Assembly: GCA_045605175.1 (NCBI GenBank)
Contig: JAZUPL010000095.1
Coordinates: 5,509 to 69,508 of the forward strand
Direction of reading: 5' to 3'
Length of the DNA stretch: 64,000 nt
Source of the DNA: Eubacteriales bacterium
GTDB taxonomy: Bacteria; Bacillota; Clostridia; Oscillospirales; CAG-272
Part shown: positions 57,680-64,000 of the stretch, in pieces
How positions within the stretch are numbered: the first letter of the stretch is position 1
Layout: each line of letters begins with the position of its first letter
Program-made: the position numbers and the translations under genes
Notes under the pieces: model-generated
Told to the model about the DNA's origin: nothing
The model's database searches: none
The model's input: only the letters and a program-made list of their open reading frames with translations

Positions 57680-59581
57680 ATGAATTGGTTAGCACCCATA
57701 GGCTTTTTGGGTTTGTTGAGTTTGCTTGTGCTTATCTTGATTTACATAATCAAGCCTAATTATCAGAACAAGCGAATATCATCAACCTATATATGGCGGT
57801 TGAGTTTTAAATATAAAAAGCAAAGAATTCCTATAAGTAAAATACAGAATCTTCTCATATTTTTGTGTCAGGTTGTCATACTGGCACTTCTTGGAACTCT
57901 ACTTGCAGGCCCGGTTGTAGAAACCTTTAGCGGCGGCGATGAGAATGAGGCGGTTATAATAGTAGATGCCTCGGCAGGAATGAGGATTCAGGACTCGGGA
58001 AAGACGAGATTTGAGCGTGCCGTTACCGAAGCGAGAAAAAAAGCACAGAGCACCTTTGAAAAAGGCTCTGCGGTAAGTTTTATTATAGCGGCAGATTCTG
58101 CGGAATACCTCTTCTTAAGGGTAGGCCCTGAGGGCAAAGACGAGGCGCTTGAAAAGATTGATGCTCTCTATCTTGAGGCAAAGGAAAAATGCTCTTTTGC
58201 GTCAATTGATGTGAGCGACTCTGTAACCTTGGCAGAATCGGTCCTTGAGCAAAATTCCGAGGCAGAGGTTTATTTTTACACGGCTACTGATTACACCTAT
58301 CCCAATGGAGTAAATGTTGTGAAAATAGCCTCCAAAAACGAATGGAACGCAGCCATACTTGGCTGTAATGCAGAACTTGATAATGATAACCATTATCGAA
58401 TAAAGATAGATGCAGCGTGTTACGGAAAAACCGATTTTATAACCGTATATTGCAAGATTTACGGTGTAAACGGTGATTCGAGTAATGTCGTTTCTCTTGA
58501 AAAGGGCGAGTTTTTTGATCCGTCAGCAGAAGAGAAGGAAATTGTTTTCACCTCCGACGATATATCGTCAGGCGCAATTTATTCCTATGATTATATTGAA
58601 ACGTATGTCGGCGTTAGGGATTCCTTTGCAGATGATAATTCCTTCTTCCTTTACGGTGGTACAAAAAGAGTTATAAAAATTCAGTATGCGAGTTCCTCTC
58701 CTAACAACTTTTTCGAGAGTGTAATAAGAACGCTTAGGCAAAGCACTAAAGAGATATGGGACGTTCAGTTTACTCTGCTTAAAGCAGACGAGCCCTTTGC
58801 GACAGAGGGATTTGATATTTATATTTTCGAGCATAAAATGCCACAGACTATCCCGACAGACGGAGTAGTTCTGCTTGTTGATCCGACTTCGGCACCCGTA
58901 GATTCGGGATTGCAGATAGGCTCTTCATATATAATAGATAGCAGTTCTGTACTTTCAGGTGGTAAGGAGCACGAACTTACCAAGTATATCACACCTAATA
59001 GAATCACCATAGCAAAATATAACGACATCATATTGAGCGAGGGCTATGAGGAGTTGATGCTTTATAACGGCAGACCTGTTATGCTTGTTAAGGATACCCC
59101 TAAGGCAAAGGTTTTGGTTTGGGCATTTGATTTGAATTATTCAAACCTTATAGCCCTGCCCGATTTCCCCACGCTTGTTTACAATATGTTTAACCACTTT
59201 GTTTTTGAAACCTTCTCTGGATATTCTTTTGAGGTTGGAGAGACTATTGAACTTAACGGAAGAGGCGAAACACTTAGCGTCAGCGGCGACCAATACGAAT
59301 ATACCTTTGAGGACTGCAAGGGAGAGTTTACACCAACACGCCCAGGCACCTATACGGTAATTCAAGGTTCGGCAGGCGGAGAAGAACTTTCCGAGGAGAG
59401 GTTCTTTGTCGCTATTCCTGCAGGCGAGAGCGACACCGAGAAAACCGTGGATTCCTTACCATTTGTAAAGGTAACAGACACGCGCAGCAGGGAATATGAG
59501 GATCTTTTGCTTTATTTTGCAATAGCACTTTGTGTGTTTATGTTTGCAGAATGGATTCTCGAAATCAAGAAAAATTATTGA
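57680..59581 (+). CDS. BatA-like protein: N-terminal double-TM anchor, degenerate vWA domain, C-terminal TM helix
   Basis: N-terminus MNWLAPIGFLGLLSLLVLILIYIIKP plus a second helix (pattern of the Bat 'aerotolerance' N-terminal double-TM domain). VIIVDASAGM has a MIDAS-like DxSxS with the last Ser lost. C-terminal helix LLLYFAIALCVFMFAEWIL. Confidence 0.8.
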   Translation: MNWLAPIGFLGLLSLLVLILIYIIKPNYQNKRISSTYIWRLSFKYKKQRIPISKIQNLLIFLCQVVILALLGTLLAGPVVETFSGGDENEAVIIVDASAGMRIQDSGKTRFERAVTEARKKAQSTFEKGSAVSFIIAADSAEYLFLRVGPEGKDEALEKIDALYLEAKEKCSFASIDVSDSVTLAESVLEQNSEAEVYFYTATDYTYPNGVNVVKIASKNEWNAAILGCNAELDNDNHYRIKIDAACYGKTDFITVYCKIYGVNGDSSNVVSLEKGEFFDPSAEEKEIVFTSDDISSGAIYSYDYIETYVGVRDSFADDNSFFLYGGTKRVIKIQYASSSPNNFFESVIRTLRQSTKEIWDVQFTLLKADEPFATEGFDIYIFEHKMPQTIPTDGVVLLVDPTSAPVDSGLQIGSSYIIDSSSVLSGGKEHELTKYITPNRITIAKYNDIILSEGYEELMLYNGRPVMLVKDTPKAKVLVWAFDLNYSNLIALPDFPTLVYNMFNHFVFETFSGYSFEVGETIELNGRGETLSVSGDQYEYTFEDCKGEFTPTRPGTYTVIQGSAGGEELSEERFFVAIPAGESDTEKTVDSLPFVKVTDTRSREYEDLLLYFAIALCVFMFAEWILEIKKNY

Positions 59582-59591
59582 GGGGATAGAT

Positions 59592-62300
59592 ATGTCAAAT
59601 TTTAGAATAACTTATAACTACCCCTGGCTGCTTTTGCTTATAATTCCTGCTGTTCTTCTTGCGCTGATTCCTTATTTTCGCTTGGAAAAAAGATATCGCT
59701 TCACAAGAAACAGGGTTATTTCAATAACGCTTCATATAATTTCTATGGTGCTTGTCATTAACCTGCTTGCGGGGCTTGGATTCTCTTACGAAGTGCCTAA
59801 CGAAGAGAACGAGGTCATACTTCTTGTTGACGTTTCAGACAGTACGGAAAAGGAGAGCGATAGCAAGGACGACTTTGTGAGGTCGGTTATTGATATATGT
59901 GGCGAGGGCTGTAAAATAGGAGTTGTAAAATTCGGACACGGCGTCAACTATGCCGTAAAACTTACCGACGATAAGGAAAGTGCTTTTGAAAACTACCTTA
60001 CCTCGGAAAATCCGAGTGGCTCGGCAACGGCGCTTGCAGATGCTCTGAAATTTACTGCATCCTTGTTCACCAACAAAAAGACTTCTAAGATAGTTGTCGT
60101 TTCGGACGGGCTTGAAACCGACGGAGATGCGCTCGTTTCTCTCAATGAGATACTTTCCGAGGGAACGGTTGTTGATTCGGCTATTATAGAAAAGGAGCAG
60201 GTGGAGGATATCCAGATAGTTTCTGCCGTGGTTGAAAACTCGGATATCGTGATAGGCGAAAATTTCGTCATTGATCTGACTGTAAAGAGCAACTCCACAG
60301 AAAGCGAGGAGGCTGCCGTCCTTCGCCTTTACGACAACGGAAAACTTTACGGAGAAACTATTGTAGGAATAAAAAACGGTGATAACGAGATACCTGTATC
60401 TCTTAGTTTGTCCGAGAGGGGAATGCACGAACTTTCTTTCGAGTTGATAACCGATTATGAGTTGTTTGGCGAGCCTCTTGCAGATTCGGTCGGACAGAAT
60501 AACCGTTATTACACTTATGTAAATCTTGAAACCTTTGAAAACATCCTTCTTATAGAAAGATATGAAAACGAGGCGGAAGAACTAAAAAATCTTTTAGCCC
60601 AAACCAAAAATCTGACCGATATAAGCGTACAAGAGGATATTTTAGATTTTCCAAAAAGCATTTCGGATATGGCAAAATACGAACAGATAGTGCTTGTCAA
60701 TATCGCTTATTCGGATATGCCTTTGGGATTTGAAGCACTTTTGAATAGGTATGTATATGAACTTGGAGGAGGTCTTTTCACGGTTGGAGGAAGAAATGAT
60801 TATGACCAAAACGGCAACCTTATTCCCCATGCGTATAACAGGAAGGACCTTGAAAATTCCGAGTACTTAAAATATATGCTTCCTGTAAATGCGGAGGACT
60901 ATACTCCTCCTATTGCGGTGATGCTCGTTGTTGATACCTCGCTTTCAATGAAAAGCACAGGCAAACTCACCGCGGCCATAGACGGAGCCAAGGCGTGCCT
61001 TGATGCACTTCACGACAGAGATTTTTGTGGAATTGTATCCTTTAGCAGTGCTTCGAGCGAAAGGCTTAGCGTCCTACCCGTGTCGCAAAGAGATACTATC
61101 TCTGAGGCTATTAAAAGGTTGGAAGACGATGCCGGTGGCGGAACAATATTCTCTGATGCCATTATGAAGGCGGGGCGCGCTCTCTCGGTAATAAATAATG
61201 TTGAGAGAAAGCATATTATTTTGATAACCGACGGTCTGCCCGGCGATTCCTTCGATGACTATAAGGGGTATATTGATGATAACGTCGAGGACGGAATAAC
61301 CATGTCGGTGCTTACTTTGGGCATTGACGATGCCAAAAAAGAGGCCGAGATGCAAAAAACGGCAACTGCCGCAGGTGGAAAGTTCTATAACGTCAATAGC
61401 ATAGGCTCTATTTCAAACACGATGTATAAAGATCTTACAGAGGAAGCAATACCGGAGATTGAGTACGGAGAGGATTTCAACCTTAAAATTAAGGACAGAA
61501 GCCCTATTTTATCGGGGATAATCCCCCAGGCAATTCCTCCCCTTTGTGGATATTACGGCACGGTTGCCAAGAAGGACGCCACCGTTCCTCTTATGGGAGA
61601 GTACGTTCCTATATACGCCACCCACAAATACGGTAAAGGCACGGTTGGAAGTTTTATGTGCGACCTCGGTGGTGAATGGTCCTCGACCTTTATGGCAAAT
61701 CCTGTCGGCAAGGCGTTGATAGAGAACATCGTAGAGAGTATATTCCCCTCCCAAGATGTCCGTGCGGACGATATAAAATTCGAGATGAAGTCGGATAACT
61801 ATTTGCACTGGATTAATATTCACACAGGGCTACAAGATGAACTTGTTGAAGTTAGGGTGGCGCCCGTGAGTTCTCATCTTCAGCATTTGCACGGCGAGAT
61901 AGAGGTTAATAGCGCAGAGAGTAACAGGAGATTTACCTTCTCGATAATCGAGCCGGGACTTTATGAGATAAAGATAATTCTGTCCGACAAAGAGGGAAAT
62001 GTAAAGTCCGATATTACGACATATAAAGTATTTTCTTATTCCGAAGAATACGATAGTTTTGCGGACGAACCCAATAGGGGCGAGGCTCTTATGTCCGAAC
62101 TTGCCGATGCGAGTGGAGGTAGGCAGATTCTCGATCCCGCCAACGTTTTTGCAAGTCTTTCCGAAACATTAGAGTGTAGGTATGATCCAAGAGTAATATT
62201 GATAATTACCGCAATAGTTCTGTTCCTTCTTGATATTGCGGTTCGCAAATTTAAGTTCAAGTGGCTCCACGAAATCATAGGGGAGCAAAAAAATAATTAG
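59592..62300 (+). CDS. Double-vWA membrane protein (N-terminal double-TM anchor, vWA, GATase1-like middle domain, second vWA, C-terminal TM)
   Basis: ATG 59592 is preceded by GAGGGG, 10 nt after the previous stop. Intact MIDAS motifs LLVDVSDS and LVVDTSLSM, with GGGT and ITDG. C-terminal helix VILIITAIVLFLLDIAV. Confidence 0.85.
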   Translation: MSNFRITYNYPWLLLLIIPAVLLALIPYFRLEKRYRFTRNRVISITLHIISMVLVINLLAGLGFSYEVPNEENEVILLVDVSDSTEKESDSKDDFVRSVIDICGEGCKIGVVKFGHGVNYAVKLTDDKESAFENYLTSENPSGSATALADALKFTASLFTNKKTSKIVVVSDGLETDGDALVSLNEILSEGTVVDSAIIEKEQVEDIQIVSAVVENSDIVIGENFVIDLTVKSNSTESEEAAVLRLYDNGKLYGETIVGIKNGDNEIPVSLSLSERGMHELSFELITDYELFGEPLADSVGQNNRYYTYVNLETFENILLIERYENEAEELKNLLAQTKNLTDISVQEDILDFPKSISDMAKYEQIVLVNIAYSDMPLGFEALLNRYVYELGGGLFTVGGRNDYDQNGNLIPHAYNRKDLENSEYLKYMLPVNAEDYTPPIAVMLVVDTSLSMKSTGKLTAAIDGAKACLDALHDRDFCGIVSFSSASSERLSVLPVSQRDTISEAIKRLEDDAGGGTIFSDAIMKAGRALSVINNVERKHIILITDGLPGDSFDDYKGYIDDNVEDGITMSVLTLGIDDAKKEAEMQKTATAAGGKFYNVNSIGSISNTMYKDLTEEAIPEIEYGEDFNLKIKDRSPILSGIIPQAIPPLCGYYGTVAKKDATVPLMGEYVPIYATHKYGKGTVGSFMCDLGGEWSSTFMANPVGKALIENIVESIFPSQDVRADDIKFEMKSDNYLHWINIHTGLQDELVEVRVAPVSSHLQHLHGEIEVNSAESNRRFTFSIIEPGLYEIKIILSDKEGNVKSDITTYKVFSYSEEYDSFADEPNRGEALMSELADASGGRQILDPANVFASLSETLECRYDPRVILIITAIVLFLLDIAVRKFKFKWLHEIIGEQKNN

Positions 62301-62384
62301 AATTGAAGTGTGACCTGCCTATCGAATAATCTTTTGACGATAATGGCACACTATGCAATTTTGCAAAACCGAAAGGAGAAGTAG

Positions 62385-64000
62385 ATGAAGATAATTCGTT
62401 TACTTACACTTTGTTTAATAAGTTTAAGCCTTTTGCTTTTTACTGCTTGCTCTACCGAGGGTGAACTTTCAGAGCCAAGCGGAGTGACGGTTGATTATGA
62501 AATCCTGACTCTTAAATGGGGCGAGGTCGCCGGAGCGAAAACCTACACGGTGCGTATTGAAACCGAGGGACAGGCTCCCATGGAAACAGAAATAAGCAAA
62601 AACTATTACTCGCTTGAAACTCTTTCGCCGGGATTATACGACATATCTGTCAGGGCAAATGGCAATAAGGTCGTCGATTCACGCTTCTCGGAGTCGATAA
62701 GTTTTGAAAGAGAAGTCGAATGCGGTCTTGAATTTAATATGATTGCAGGCGGATATGAGGTGTCAGGCAAGGGGCAGGCAACGGGTAAAGTGGAAATACC
62801 TGCAACTTATAGGAAAAAGGATGTAATAGCCATTGGGGAAAATGCTTTCTTTAACGCAAGCGATATTAGCGAAATAAAACTTCCCGAAAGCATAAAATCC
62901 ATAGGAGCATTTGCCTTTGCCGGTTGTTCCTATCTTGAAAAAATAAATATTCCCAAGGGCCTTAATTATCTTGGGGAGAGTGCCTTTTCGGGTTGTCGCT
63001 CGGTGGGAGGAGAACTTTCTCTGCCTGACAGCCTTACAGAAATTCCAAAGGGGGCGTTTGCGTACTGTTCTTCGCTTGAGTCGGTTCGATTTGGAGAAAA
63101 ACTTTCATATATCGGAGATAACGCATTCACCGACTGCTCGCATATTAAAGCCCTTGCATTCCCCGAAACCTTGAGGGAGATTGGCGGCTTTGCGTTTGCT
63201 GCGTGTGCCGACGTACCCGAAATAAACTTTAGAGAGGGACTTTTAGAGATAGGAGAATTTGCTTTTTCCAAGGCACTTTCTCTTACTTCTGTATCGCTTC
63301 CTGATAGCCTTAAATATATAGGAAAGGGTGCTTTTTATCTTAACTCGGCTCTTGAGTCTGTGACTCTTGGCTCTGGGGTGGAAGAACTTGGTGATTCGGC
63401 ATTTCTTGACACGGCGATTTATAAAAACTCACCGACGAATGAAATATATGTCGGAAATTGGTTTATAGGTCTTTTGGACGCCTCAGCCCCCACGATAAAT
63501 ATAATCGAAGGAACGGTGGGAATAGCGAACAGTGCATTATATGCCAATCAAAACCTGACGGCGGTGGAACTGCCGAACAGTGTCAAGTACATAGGTGTTC
63601 ACGCCTTTGCGGCAAGCAATATAGTCAGCATAGTGACGGGAAGCGGTGTCAAAAGGATAGCGGATGAGGCATTTTTGTACTGTGAAAAACTGATAGACGT
63701 AGCACTTGGCTCTTATGACTTCACCGAGCAGGAAATCAAGGATAGTTCGCTTTTGAGCATAGGTAATTACGCTTTTATGAATTGCCCGCAGTTGCAGAGA
63801 ATAACTATTCCCTCGTCGGTTATAGATATTGGAGCCTACGCCTTTCGCAATACGGATATCTTCAAAAGTTCTATGACGGGGGCTGTATATGCCGATAATT
63901 GGATAGTCGATTTTAACGATACGATAACCGAAGAACTTGTGGTGGATAAGGGTACGGTTGGAATTGCTCGTTACGCATTTTATAACTGTCAGCAACTCAA
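62385..64000 (+). CDS. Lipoprotein with one FN3-like module and a BspA-type LRR array (3' end beyond the window)
   Basis: Not in the ORF track because it has no stop in the window. I translated 538 codons from ATG 62385 without meeting a stop. AAAGGAG lies upstream. Signal peptide plus FTAC|S lipobox. LKWGEVAGAKTYTV module, then IPxxLxxIGxxAFxxC units. Confidence 0.8.
   Translation, partial: MKIIRLLTLCLISLSLLLFTACSTEGELSEPSGVTVDYEILTLKWGEVAGAKTYTVRIETEGQAPMETEISKNYYSLETLSPGLYDISVRANGNKVVDSRFSESISFEREVECGLEFNMIAGGYEVSGKGQATGKVEIPATYRKKDVIAIGENAFFNASDISEIKLPESIKSIGAFAFAGCSYLEKINIPKGLNYLGESAFSGCRSVGGELSLPDSLTEIPKGAFAYCSSLESVRFGEKLSYIGDNAFTDCSHIKALAFPETLREIGGFAFAACADVPEINFREGLLEIGEFAFSKALSLTSVSLPDSLKYIGKGAFYLNSALESVTLGSGVEELGDSAFLDTAIYKNSPTNEIYVGNWFIGLLDASAPTINIIEGTVGIANSALYANQNLTAVELPNSVKYIGVHAFAASNIVSIVTGSGVKRIADEAFLYCEKLIDVALGSYDFTEQEIKDSSLLSIGNYAFMNCPQLQRITIPSSVIDIGAYAFRNTDIFKSSMTGAVYADNWIVDFNDTITEELVVDKGTVGIARYAFYNCQQL

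Noticed and set aside
46091-64000. Whether the surface-protein island is a mobile element or genomic island
   Set aside because: I saw no integrase, transposase, flanking tRNA or direct repeats, and no obvious compositional break by eye. The right boundary lies outside the window.

Overview
The window looks like chromosomal DNA from a Gram-positive anaerobe, probably Clostridia-like. This rests on strong GGAGG-type Shine-Dalgarno sites, extended -10 promoters, secG-rnr and rimM-trmD gene order, desulfoferrodoxin, and BspA-type leucine-rich-repeat (LRR) surface proteins. All calls come from reading motifs and ORFs by eye; no database search or computation was run. I saw no rRNA, tRNA, CRISPR array, integrase or transposase.

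Layout:
- 0-27 kb: mostly housekeeping genes. These are copA, a divergent AraC/rhaB-rhaA unit, secG, rnr, tadA, rimM-trmD, ptsH, uvrC, rsmD, mntP, coaD and pheST.
- 27-46 kb: enriched for thiol and oxidative-stress functions (trxA, a Crp/Fnr regulator, trxB, dfx, ferritin, ahpC with a domain-permuted AhpF, a YyaL-like thioredoxin-domain protein). It also carries trkAH, an ABC-2 exporter with a LytTR/membrane-protein pair, an MFS transporter and an SDR.
- 46-64 kb: an accessory-looking cell-surface island. It holds a lipoprotein with six Cys/His mini-repeats and a 2767-aa membrane-anchored Flg_new/FN3-like/LRR/PPC protein. These are followed by an operon of a membrane protein with an acidic tail, two Bat-like doubly anchored vWA proteins (no MoxR or DUF58 in the window) and another FN3+LRR lipoprotein that runs off the window end.

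Most notable observations:
1. The same TGTGA-N5-TCACA palindrome sits exactly 21 nt upstream of a TGnTATAAW extended -10 in front of trxA, trxB and dfx, beside the Crp/Fnr gene.
2. The vWA/LRR surface island is the best candidate here for an undescribed envelope system.
3. The AhpF homologue has its domains in circularly permuted order.
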